DNA from: Balanoglossus misakiensis
Lineage: Eukaryota > Animalia > Hemichordata
Direction: 5' to 3'
Assembly: GCA_040954595.2 (NCBI GenBank)
Contig: CM082577.2
Location: 558,001-622,000, forward strand
DNA: 64,000 nt
The notes under the pieces were generated by a model. The model searched no databases. It had not been told where the DNA came from and saw only the letters and a list, made by a program, of their open reading frames with translations. The position numbers were made by a program, and so were the translations under genes. Below are positions 32,776-47,996 of this stretch, piece after piece; positions within the stretch are counted from its first letter, which is position 1, and the number at the start of each line of letters is the position of its first letter.

Positions 32776-34982
32776 GTGAAAGTTTTGACACTGGTAAATC
32801 GATCAGTCCGGCTAATCAAGCCAAGAGCAAAACAGCTTATGTCATAAAATATTAATTCACTATGCCATCACAGAACATGGACTTTTTTTATTACAATGCT
32901 TTAATGCAGGTGATAATTCTCTGTCTGACAACCCTCTAAAAGGAGTCAGTGCACCGGATTGATTATTTTGCTCAACAGATTAAATATTGATCAACTACAA
33001 AAAAATATAAATCTTGAAACAGTTCCCGGGTCCACGCTACGCTGAATCAACTGTCTGCGTTATAAACATTACTGTACCAACAATATTGTGTATGCATTTT
33101 CGACAAGGGCGCGGGATTTTATCCTGGTGGTGCCAAATCGCCTGTCTTTCTGTCCGCCAACAGGGTTTGTTTTATCGTTGCCTTCGAGTACAGCACACAT
33201 TGAAGAGTGTCCTCGCTGAGGCGATATTGCCCACCTCTGTAAAACACACCAATCTATACAATGCATGGTCTCAATAGCATGACAAGATAGAGTTCACTGG
33301 TGTGTCCCATAGAGTGTGTCTGCCGTGTGTACAAAGACTGTAGTCCGTTTACATGTTCTTGATCTCGCCGATTGAACTCTGAACTCTACCACCTTTGGGA
33401 CTTCCACTGAACAAATTGTCATAGGCTGAAATCGATGACTTCGCGGTAAAATAAATAGAAACATATTGGATGATACGACATCTAATGGAGCGATTAATTG
33501 AATGTGATCAAAATCAGTTATGACGTCACACGTCTAATTCAAGCCCACAACAAACCAAAATTTTGATTTCCGGGGTATCACAATTTCAATAATTTCGTAT
33601 CCTGTGTGCATAGACAACTTTCTGGATTTCCTCCATATTCGGGCATTGACATTACTCTGCGCTACTTGTGATTAAAAGAATGTCGTTTGTTGCAACGATT
33701 CCGCTTAAATTTGTGAAATAATGAGAATGAATTCAAACCAGTCACAAGGTAACTTCTTCTTTAACGGTGGTCGTAAAAATCATGCTCTATTTGCGATTGG
33801 GCCAAAACACAATTGCAACGATTACAACCTAACTACGACGATGAAACTTGCAGCACATGCTCAGACGACGGTCACGTGGTAGGCGTTACCATGAGAACAT
33901 TCGACCTCGTCCAGATGAACTGTTCGTTTCACTAGTCAATAAGCCACGTTGTATGTTTAGTTATTGTGCATTGTGAAGTTTTCCGTGGGATTTGATTATT
34001 TCACCTCAATAGTTTTCACTAAGTAAGTTGTCAAAATTTCCTGTGATCTTAAATTATTGACTTCGAACAGTTCGTTCTTTTGCAAGTCCAAGATCAACAA
34101 TTTACACACCTTTTCACGTCTTGTGCATGATTCAGGTAACCATGAAGAAAGGTAACACAAAAAGGCAATATTTACAGTTAAATAGGCACAATCATTACTT
34201 TCCGGTCGTGCTCAGCAAATTTGTTTGCCTGTTTCCATATTGGCCCCGGGGCGGTTTCCATGCCAACAAGCTAGTCTGCCGGCGAAGTTTTACTTCCGGG
34301 TTCACCAGACATCGCATGTGAAATGAATGACATGATATTGTACAAACACAGGGATTACAATATAATATTCATTCTCGCGTCTGCCTATATCATGAAATAA
34401 CGTCACGTGACAAGTCTGAAGAAGCCCTATCCATGGCACACTCTCCAACGAGAATTCAGATACAAGAATAATTGTCTGTCTGTCTGATTGGCAAGCGCGA
34501 CTACACACACAGAAATAATGACAGGCGGTAGAATATTTGCATGTGAACGTGGGTTTTAAGAGACATGCCAATGTCACAGGTGGCAAATAATTAACACATG
34601 ACCACACAAATATATCACCGTCAACGGGAATGCGTCTTAGACAAACACGTGGCCTCGTGACCATTGATCCTCGTCGGAATATCGGAGGGAAAACATTTTA
34701 ATGAAACACTTTTGAATAAATTGTTACGCATAGACAGAAAGTTATGTTATTGCGTTTCTCATTTAACACTGGTCTAGGGTTTCAGAAGATTTCTTGATTT
34801 CTTCAAAAAATTCGACTACAGATATTGCGCAAATAAAGGCGATACAACATTACGACTATTTCGTAAAATGTTGAAAAAATATTGCATTTAATATGTTTAA
34901 AATTGCTGTGCACCAATAGCAAAACACTTCTCCGGCGAGTCGACATTTAATTTTCAAAATCAAAAGCAAAGTGTTATTAAAA

Positions 34983-35026
34983 GTAAATGCAACAATCTTC
35001 TCCGAGGAGAAGATTGTTGCATTTAC
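34983..35026. repeat. Perfect inverted repeat: 21-bp arms, 2-nt spacer
   Basis: gtaaatgcaacaatcttctcc-ga-ggagaagattgttgcatttac. Confidence 0.95.
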
Positions 35027-37872
35027 GGCGTAACCGTGGAAACGAAGCGTTATGATTCACACATCAGTTTTATCGCCCACGAGAAACCTCTGGTTAGCCG
35101 GCAGTTATCGACAATTGAATATCGTGTTTTATTTCCTTAGAATTTACCCGAATAACATGTGTTAACAATTTAAGACCTCATTTACACAATTAACCCCGCA
35201 AGTGATGCGTCTTGAGGTTTTATGTACAGACTTATTTTATTTAATCCATTACAGGGCCGCGGTTACCCAATCCTGAGTCTGTTTACGTGGTACAAAGACT
35301 GAACAAGAATAGGTGTGCTCCCGAAGCCAGCAGGTCATAGCCGATTGTGTTCACTGCTAAATGATTGCTCTTTCGTCTGTTTAATTGCGTCTACATTCTT
35401 GAGGTTCTAGCCGTTAGCGCATTATTCTTTTACAACTCAGCGCCGTATTGGAATCAACTTAGCATCGGCTCATGCAAAGACGCTAGATTTTGGATCTGTG
35501 CGAAGAGTACTTGACGCGAAGAGCACTCAGTTGCCATGACGATACCACTGGTGAGGCGATACTTCAATCCGTGGTCGCCATGACAACAGCATTGTGATTA
35601 CTCTGCCTCGCATGAGGTGATGGCGTTTGCCAGAGAAGTGGCGTTAGAATATGACCTCAGAAGAACTCTATCCAACTTTAAAAGTAACAATAGATAGATA
35701 AACACGTTGAAACATTAGACACGTCCTTCTCTCTGTTGCTGCAAGTCTATTGACCGCTGATGCCTCCAAATAGACATACGACACTACAGAAATACAGCCA
35801 CAAACTCAAGCGGGGATTTTACGCAATCACAATGACACTTAACAACATTATACTTAAAATGTACAAACGGTCAGTTTTGGCGTCAAAGCTTTCATTACAT
35901 CTGCCTGTAGGATATTAAAGATGCCATGAATTCAAAATCGCTGTCAAACAAAACACAACGATGTACAAAGTCAGAAAACGACAATGAATCACTGTGTGAC
36001 TACAGAATGAATTCTAACTTCAGTAACAGTTCACCCAGTTTTTATCCTCTATCAATCATAAACACGCGGTTCATTCATGTTGTTGTTGCTTTTTCGCGCC
36101 ATTGCATACTTACAGACACGCCGTAATTTGACACGAATTCCGTCAGCTTATTTTCAGTACGGTAGACGATAATACCACTGTACCACAACACTTTGCATAT
36201 TAATGTTTTGAAAACACCATTACTACCGTGGTAAGTGAGTCGTGCATCCATTGTTCAAAATTATCTTTATATATTTAGGAATAAGTTGGTCGCAAATCCT
36301 TATTTTTGTGCTCATTGGCTTCTAATTCGAAACAACAAATGATGTCTACAGTCTAGTTATTGAGAATGGAAAACGACAAGTTCTCAACAATCCAAAACAT
36401 ACTAACAGTTTTCACCGCGAATTTCTGTATTTTCCCCTGGGTTTGGAGGTGTCGCGGGATGAGCTGACATTTTTCAATTTCATTTTCAAATAAACAGCGC
36501 GGTTGTGGATACAGTAGGTAGTCTGAAAATATTACACCTCGCCTGTCACTTTTTGCAATGCATGCTCCATGGTTTCCAACCACAACCGTCACACCCGTCA
36601 GTATTTCTCCTTCTGCTACGACAGCCAAACAGAAGAGCTCTGTATGACTCAGTACATTGCTAAGTTCACGACAAGTATGAGCCACTGCAAAAATTACAGA
36701 CACGACCAAAGTTCCAAAGCTTTGGATTGTTTCTCTCTCTTGATAGTGATAAACAATAGACACAGTTATTGTTCAAGTGTTTACACCTGATTACGGTATC
36801 TGGGTGGAATTCTTGCGTGGAAAAAACTTTCCGTACTGAGTAACGGTGTCCCAAACTGGTATCGCCGCAACACGGACCGTGACATTGACTACCTGAACAT
36901 GTCAGCATGTCGACGGTAAACATGTTTGACACCCAAATAGAATGTAGCCGCACTGTAGCTACGCTCTACAGACGCACACGTTACCTTCTCCGAACATGCT
37001 TTACACCTGAGACGAGATCATGTTTCCCCGTTGCTCGGGGAACCGATGGGCCATCGGTCGTTTCCCATGGTTCATTGGATCTGACTGTGTGTGTCACAGT
37101 AACATCAACACTACAGACAAATAGCAAAGAAGTGATGTGTTTAGAAAGCGTGACACTATTTTCTGATTAGACTCACTGTCATAAGTTTTATAGACATCAA
37201 TTTCAACGAAAAGAAGTAAACATCGACCCACTAAAAACAAATTTCATTTCAATGAAAATGAATATCAACACGTCGTAACCATTGGACTGTGAAGTCTTTT
37301 ATGACTATAATATCCGTTTTGCTTTCATGGTCACGCGTTTAATATGCTGTATCATGCAGTCTTTAAGCTAGAAATAGCTCAAAACTAACTGACTCGTGTG
37401 GTATTCTCTCTGAAATTACACAAAGTTTGGGTCCTGTCACTCTTAGGAGGTTCAACAAAATGCATACTATTCTGGATAGAAATAATTGAAATAGTAGTTT
37501 CTGTTCACGACAATATATACATGTAGCTATATGCTGTGTGTCGCATGCGTAAAAATTAATAACATGAAAAAAACTATCAAATTATGCGATTGAAATACTG
37601 ATTAAGAAAATAAAATGAACACCACTGTTGCAAGAAGACTATAGTATTTTATGAATTAACAACGCGCTGTTCGAATGCTTTTAATTATGAAATATAGGGC
37701 AATGGCTTTTAGTGTATAATTGCTTTAAAATGTAAATGAAAATTCTTTTATCATTCGCTTGATTACCTGCAATTAGTAATTAGATATATTGAACAGCAAC
37801 CAATGATTCAACAGGTGGGTGACCTCGTTTAGCCATCACAAACAGCGCCGCCAACGGGTATCACAATTCAAG

Positions 37873-40492
37873 ATGGCAGCCGCCACGGAACAAGTCCCCG
37901 CAAATGCCCCAGAACGTAAGTTTCGATAAAATACTAATTAAATACGCACTCCGCGCTCATTTGAGGAGAACTTGCACAGGAATACAGCAGTTTTCAAGTT
38001 TCCCACCGACTGTTTGATTTCGTCGACATGAATAAGGTGACGTCGTGATTCCAACGTGGTCGCACAGCAGTGCTTGCAGTCTGCAGTGAGCATAGGGATC
38101 GTGTTGCCGATCGATCATTATGACTCAGCAATAGCGACTTTACATTACGTGACTAGGTCTCACTTACCTAGCTCCCTCGCAAAATTGTCCTAATCGACAC
38201 TGGCTGACGTTTTGTGTGTTACCATTTTCCAGACTGCCCGGGGACACAGAGTGAAGATGCAGGTAAAGTCTCAGCTTGTCAAGGATGTCCCAATCAAACT
38301 GTCTGTGCCAGTAGTGTCCCAAAACCACCAGACCCAGGTAAGTTGTGTTATTCAGACTTACCAGTGTCATACTGTGAAATCTTTTTTACTGGAAAGCAAA
38401 TTTATTTCCTGTGGTTTTCTTTAAGCAAGTTGTGTGCCCAATTGTTTTCAATGTTGTTGTTGGGACCACATGCATGGAAATTGGGGTTGAAAGAGGTTAG
38501 AATGTTTATGAAGTATTTTATTATCATTATATTGCACTTACAGCCATCGAAGAAATCAAGGCACGAATGTCAACAGTGAAACACAAGGTATTGGTGCTAA
38601 GTGGTAAAGGTGGGGTTGGAAAAAGTACATTCACATCCCATCTTGCACATGGCATTGCACATGATGATACTAAACAGGCAAGTGATAGATTTAACTTTGC
38701 TATAATAATACATGTATAGTTGGAAACAGTGAATATGTTGTTTGAAAGCTAACTATCCTAGTTAACATTGTTTTGTTTTTCTACACAGGTAGCAGTTTTA
38801 GATATTGATATTTGTGGTCCATCAATTCCGCGTGTGATGGGTCTTGATGGTGAACAAGTGCATCAGAGTGGGTCAGGATGGTCTCCTGTGGTTAGTCCTC
38901 ATTAGTAAATATTTTGTTATGCACATTTTGTGTAATTAGTTACTACTGAATGTGTTACCCAGGTTTCACAGATGTCTCCTGTCAATACATAAAACAACAA
39001 GTCAAAAGAAGCAACTTTGACCATAAAGTCAATATTTTTTTCAGTATGTGGAAGACAACCTTGGTGTGATGTCAGTTGGATTTCTGCTTGCCAACCCGGA
39101 TGATGCAGTTATATGGAGAGGACCTAAGAAGAATGGTGAGAGCGTATATACACTGTAAATCTGTAATGATGTGCAGTTTTAAATTTCAGCTGTATTAAGG
39201 GATCAAAGGACAACTGTTTATTTGACCAAATGACAAGCTGCTCTAATCTTTTTAAGCAAACCATTTGTATCTCTCTCCAGGTTTAATTAAACAGTTCCTA
39301 CGTGATGTTGACTGGGGTGATGTTGATTATCTTGTTGTGGATACACCACCTGGTACATCAGATGAACATCTGTCTATTGTGCAATACCTCAGTGCTTCGA
39401 AGCTAGATGGCGCTGTTCTCATCACAACTCCTCAGGTGAGACCAGTCAGTCTTCTAACATTTGTCCAATTTTTGTCAGCAAGTTCAAACTGGGTGGTCAC
39501 AATGTACAGAGTTGAAAAAAATGTCTACTTTTTGTCTTCTTTAGGAAGTCTCATTGCAAGATGTTAGAAAGGAAGTCAATTTCTGTCGTAAAGTGAAACT
39601 GCCAATTATCGGAGTTGTGGAAAATATGAGTGGTTTCATGTGTCCAAAGTGTAAGGTAAGAGCATTCAAAATTAAAAATGAAATTGCAAAAGTTTTGCAG
39701 AATTTCTTTGATATAATCTCACAAAACAAAAGAGAGCTTTGTTGTATGTTAGCCATGCATGCAAACAGGTGTATGAAAGGTGGACGACTGACCTACAATG
39801 ATGGAACTCCTCAGATGCTGCACTTTGCAAAAGTGTTGAATCCCTTCTGTATTGTCTTTAAAAATATATCATAATCATCTAATTTTAGACTGAATCTCAA
39901 ATATTCCCACCAACAACTGGGGGTGCAGAGAAGATGGCATTAGACATGGAGATACCATTCCTTGGAAAACTCCCTCTTGATCCCAGAATAGGTCAGTATA
40001 TGTCTTGTCTGAACATGGACAATGAAGTCCATCAAATAGAGGTGTACAGAGGTGCAGCATGGTTAAGGTCAGTTTTGAATTTTGTCACAAAACCTAAACA
40101 TTTTCTCATCATTCGTCTGTTGACAGGTAAATGTTGTGATGAAGGGAAGTCTTTTCTGTCAGAGGTTCCAGACTCACCTGCTGCACATGCTTACAAACAC
40201 ATCATACAGAGTAAGTCTATAGTTTGATTCCCAAGTGAGGATAACTCACATGATGGTACATATAAAGAACAAGATAATCTATGAAATGTTCCATGTTCCA
40301 ATACCAGCATGAAGGACCAGACTTTGCAAGGCTTTTATAATGACGTACGAGAACAGCCTTGTGCCCCAAATACTTCATTAAAAAATAAATGCATATATCC
40401 ATCTGAATAATTATAATTGCATCTGTTTGTCATTTTCCATTCCAGAAATACAGAACTATTGTGAAGCTGCAGACAGTGAGATGGAAACGTGA
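37873..40492 (+). CDS. NUBP1: Cytosolic Fe-S cluster assembly factor NUBP1 (Nbp35), 10 exons, ~324 aa
   Basis: Exons 37873-37915, 38233-38337, 38544-38677, 38789-38890, 39045-39135, 39281-39435, 39545-39655, 39889-39991, 40127-40210 and 40446-40492 (975 nt, in phase). Motifs [13 protein letters not shown], Walker [32 protein letters not shown]. Confidence 0.96.
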
Positions 40493-41360
40493 TAACCACA
40501 GGAAATAAAATCATCTCTACTTTTATGAATAAAACAGTATTTGTACATCAATCTACCCCAAATTAATTTTGAGTCTATTAAAGAATCATGAAGGTACTTT
40601 TTACCAAATCAATTTGACAATTATGTTGTCATGCCAACATGAATAAAATATATCCTTTAAATCATTATTAAGGATGTACTATCTGTAAAATTGATGAGAG
40701 TAATGTCATTTCTTTTGATTGTGAATTTTGAAAATTCTCATTTTTGTTGTCAATATCTGTGTTAAAAATAGAGGCCAGTTATTGTACAATCATGACCATT
40801 AGTACAACAAATTCTGTAAAATCTGAGATTTATTGGTAAATACCTTTAGCTGATCCTTTTAAAATACACATACCATGCACCAAAAATTGTCTTCCTCAGG
40901 TTTAAATTCTTTTTATTTCTGTTATACCAAAGGAAATTAACCAATATTTCTCAAGTGTTGACTACAATACTGATCCGTAATAAATATAACTGAAACCAAC
41001 AGCAGATATAAAGTGCGCCCTCAGTGTCAAACTTTAGTTGATATGATTGCCAGATGCATGCATGTCTCGCAAGTGAAATTTCAAATAACCCACCTGAACA
41101 CCTTGATAAGATTGTATCAAATTATTATTCAAATACTTTAAGTATATTGATGAAATTATGTAGTAAAACGCTTTACAACTTAATCCTCTTAAAATGAAAA
41201 TTTAAAAGTCCAAAGTTTTGACGTGAGTAATATTTTAAATAGTACACATGCATGGTTTGTATGTGGAAATAATTGATGAACTGACTGAATTCTTATTCAC
41301 TGTCTGGGATTAATGAAATAAATAGATAATAATACATTTTTCATTATATTTGTCATTTCT

Positions 41361-44233
<2,873 letters not shown>

Positions 44234-44462
44234 TTTGACCGGAAGAGGGACAACTACCCAACTCACTGAAAATAATCAAAATCTAATAAAAGTTGTTTCC
44301 AGTGGATTTACTTTTGTAAAGGGCTTACAAGCAGTGTTATGCAATTCATTTATGTTAATAAATAGAGCACAAAAAGCAACTAGTAACATTGAACTCAAAT
44401 TTTGACTGCATTTCTGATGAAAAAAATTAATCACAAATCTAGGTAGTATTTTCAGTCTATGA

Positions 44463-44477
44463 CCACAGGGGGCGCTG
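44463..44477 (+). promoter_or_regulatory. CTCF-like motif in the TVP23/PLD6 bidirectional promoter
   Basis: ccacagggggcgctg closely matches the CTCF core consensus and lies between two divergent 5' ends. Confidence 0.55.
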
Positions 44478-44649
44478 ACAGTCGACTTGTTTCGAAAGTG
44501 CGGGTGAGCGGGAACCGGGCCGCGGCCGGGTATGGGGGGATGGTGCGAGAGTCTAGTCTTTGCAAGGAAAAATACAATTCATACTGAGTAATACCGTAAG
44601 TGGTCTTTTATCTGTGATTTGAATGTTCAATTTTAAACAATGGACAGTG

Positions 44650-44681
44650 TATCATCATCATCATCATCTTTGTCGTCGTGG

Positions 44682-44718
<37 letters not shown>
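44650..44718. repeat. Interrupted (CAT)n microsatellite in the 5' UTR intron of PLD6
   Basis: Two (cat)n runs separated by ctttgtcgtcgtgg, lying between a gtaagt donor (44596) and the acag acceptor (44748). Confidence 0.9.
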
Positions 44719-44750
44719 TAATATGAATTATTTTTCTCTCAACACAGATT

Positions 44751-45540
44751 ATGACACACTGGAAAGAGTTAATTGGAGTTGTGATCTCAGTTGGAATTCT
44801 TTCAGAAATTCTGCACCAAGCCTTCAAGAAAATCAGGAGTCTCAAACACAAGACAGAAGGAGAACAAAAGAGAACTTTTCATGAAGTTTTATTCTTCCCA
44901 GACAAAGCGTTGGCTTGCAGAGCGTTTTTCCAGGGGAGGAATGGCTGCAGACTGGAAAAGTGTCACTTTACTCACAAAGAGACGGGACTCACTAAACTTG
45001 TCAAGTATATTCAGGAGGCACAGCAGTCCCTTGATGTCTGTGTGTTTTGTATTTCTTGTCACCAGTTAGCAGATGCACTTGTAGGGGCTTACAAAAGAGA
45101 TGTGGTTGTCAGGGTGATCACTGACAATGAACAGACTGGTATAACTGGTTCACAGATAGGAAAACTCAGGAGCAAAGGTCAGAAACTTCAGACACTGAAA
45201 ATATTTCCACAGTTGACAAATGTATGACATTTGACCTTGTGAGTTTTGGAGGATTGAGTTTTTATTGTTCTGTCTGTGGAGCTTAGACATTTTCGTTTTG
45301 TCTTGTTTCATTTTAGGAATTAAAGTTCACCATCACCCCTCCTCGTTTCTGATGCATCACAAGTTCATCATCATTGATGATGATGTCCTCCTCAACGGAT
45401 CCTTCAACTGGACAAGAAGTGCAGTGACTAGCAACCATGAAAACGTCGTGATCACAAACAACTCTACTCTTGTCAGGCCATTCAGAGAAGAGTTTGAGAA
45501 ACTTTGGCATTTATACGAGCCATCCTTGTACATGTTATGA
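44751..45540 (+). CDS. PLD6: PLD6 / MitoPLD / zucchini (piRNA-pathway nuclease, cardiolipin hydrolase), 2 coding exons, ~216 aa
   Basis: Exons 44751-45177 and 45317-45540. N-terminal membrane anchor, EVLFFPD, CCCH zinc motif (C..C..C..H), SLDVC, single HKD motif MHHKFIIID, and GSFNWT. Confidence 0.95.
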
Positions 45541-45574
45541 TGTATACAGAAAAGTGCAACTGATACTCATGTCT

Positions 45575-45968
45575 GATGCAGAATGTTTTTGACAGCCTAT
45601 CTCATTGTTGCATCATGCATTTAATAGCACTACCATATTTTGCCAAATGCATTATTACAGTGATGCAGAATGCTTTTGAAAGATTATCTCAATGATGCAG
45701 AATGCTTTTGACTACATTATCTTACTATACCGAATGCTTTTGATAGCTATCTCAATTATGCCGAATGCTTTTGACTACATTATCTTACTATACTGAATGC
45801 TTTTGACAGCATTATCTCAATTATGCTGAATTCTTTTGACTACATTATCTTACTATACCGAATGCTTTTGATAGCTATCTCAATTTTGCAGAATGCTTTT
45901 GACTACATTATCTTACTATACCGAATGCTTTTGATAGCTATCTCAGTGATGAAGAATGATTTTGACCA
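45575..45968. repeat. Minisatellite of ~29-30-bp subunits (gaatgcttttga core), partly organised as ~58-59-bp dimers
   Basis: Alternating units gaatgcttttgactacattatcttactatacc and gaatgcttttgatagctatctcaattatgc lie just downstream of the PLD6 stop. Confidence 0.85.
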
Positions 45969-47996
45969 CATGGAGTCAGGATACAAAATTCTTCCAAATG
46001 TGAGAGAAACAAAAAGTTCATTTTGCTCAACTATACTTTGACATCTTCTCTGCCAAAGTGGATATCACTTTGATAGCACACTCTGGTTAATTGTTCTGAT
46101 TAGCATATAACCTCTCTGCAGCCGAAGTATATATAACAATAACATGAATTTATTGTTCAGATATTCTCTCTTTAAAACATAACATGTAACAACTTGTACT
46201 TCTAAGTTCATCATGCAGTCGTGTCACAGAAGTGTAGTTTTGTCGTTCAATTTGTGATTTGTGTGATCTTTGTCAAAAAGAATTTCCTGTTGGTTAATAA
46301 AGTTTTTTCTTAAAAGAGGAAAAGTAAGCATCGCTTGATACATTTTTTTTCTTCTTGATGTGACATGGTGAACTTTATGTTAGCTGAAAAACCGCTCTCA
46401 TCTTAATTGTACGTAATTAAAAAAGTCTCAAGAGTTTGGGAGATTGAATCAAAATACACATGGTACAGTGATAGCTAGGATGTGAGCAGTTCTCAGGCCA
46501 AGAGCATTACAATATAGGTAACTTCAAATATTAAACATGAAATATGGAACTAACAAAAATTTTTCGGCAAAAGTAGTTAATATCAGCTGTCAGAGTAACA
46601 AGAAAATTGGTATATATTGTCATCACCCTTATCACAGTGATAGACTTTAGACTGTCCGACAGTCATTAAAAGTTTTAAGGCTACACAAAATCAGCCATTC
46701 TTTGTACAAGTACATAGGATGCTATACCATTTCAGCTACAACTAAAAAAGCTGAAATTTAAGCATTATCTTGTTTTTAAAAATAGCACACTTGTAATTTA
46801 CAGAACAACTTCATAACATGTTTAAAATTCATCAACATAATTTACATTTTATGACAGAACTTGTCAAAATATAGTGATATATTCAAAAGGTATTGCACAA
46901 TTTAACATTTATACTAAGTGGTACTCAAGTTCTTGCATCATTCACATATTTCAGACCAGTCAAATTTCTGTTCAAATATCTTCTATAAAGTACACAAGGT
47001 CATGTCTCATTAATAAACATCCCCAGGCAAATTCAAGAATTTCTGTGTGAATTGCAGCTCACTTAAACCCCCCATAGATGCAGTGATTGGCTTCCTGAAT
47101 AATTGTCATCACATTTAATTCAAAGCATAACTTACCAGTACCTATATTCTACTTAAAAAATAACCCCTTCTATTCGTTATTAAATTTAAATATACAGTAC
47201 AGTTTAAACCCTTCCCATGCAAAACTAACCAGAATCCACATATCTGTGGACACTGTGTGGACTCAGTAATTGCCAGGTTGTTCAAAAGTTTCTAAATACC
47301 TAAACATTCTTCAGTGTACATTTGAATTTACCCGGTAGGAAAGGTTTATTAAGTACTGGTTTCAGATAAAACTGAAATGCATCTTGAAAAGTCTAAGGCA
47401 CTAAAAATGGATGGACATGTGGATATATTGCATTCAATCCTAGTGTTAAGTTTTAAGACTCTTCCTTGTTCCATACTTCTAAATGTAAATACAATGGTAA
47501 AATCATCTAAAATAGCAAAACGTAAATAACCAATTCATTTGGCTCCATCAACACTTCAGAATCATGTTTATGATGATTGTGTTCAGGCGAATTTCAATCA
47601 ATTAAAGGAAATTTTGAATTGATTGTGTCAGTAAGATTTGGCGTGTTTTCTCACTTTCTAAATGGTGCTGTCAACTGAAGAGAAACTGAACTTTCGAACA
47701 GGTGGAATGAATGTTGCCATGGTAACATACATGTAGACAGAAACCTGGCCATCATCATTAATATGCATTATTTTCAATGACATTATTTCTGTTCAGTCAG
47801 GAAAGACCATATTTGTTTCCAATGCTTGTTTTAATGTTCGGTACTTCTGTCCTGTCATCCTAGTGTCCATAACTTGTGGTTCAGTGCAGCAGTATTACAA
47901 CTCTTCATCGCTTGAGATCAGCTGACCTAGCTCTTCCATCTTGACTACCTGCCCCCTCAAGAAGTGTTCTGAAGTTCTGACAGAGCCAAGCCCCCG

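Noticed and set aside
33900-36240. Possible spliced transcript between tektin and NUBP1 (gtaagt donors at ~34023 and ~36231)
   Set aside because: The candidate exon 36158-36230 has stops in all frames and there is no transcript evidence; isolated splice-like motifs are common by chance.
44633-44884. Poly-Asp / poly-Ile ORFs
   Set aside because: Translations of the intronic (CAT)n microsatellite.
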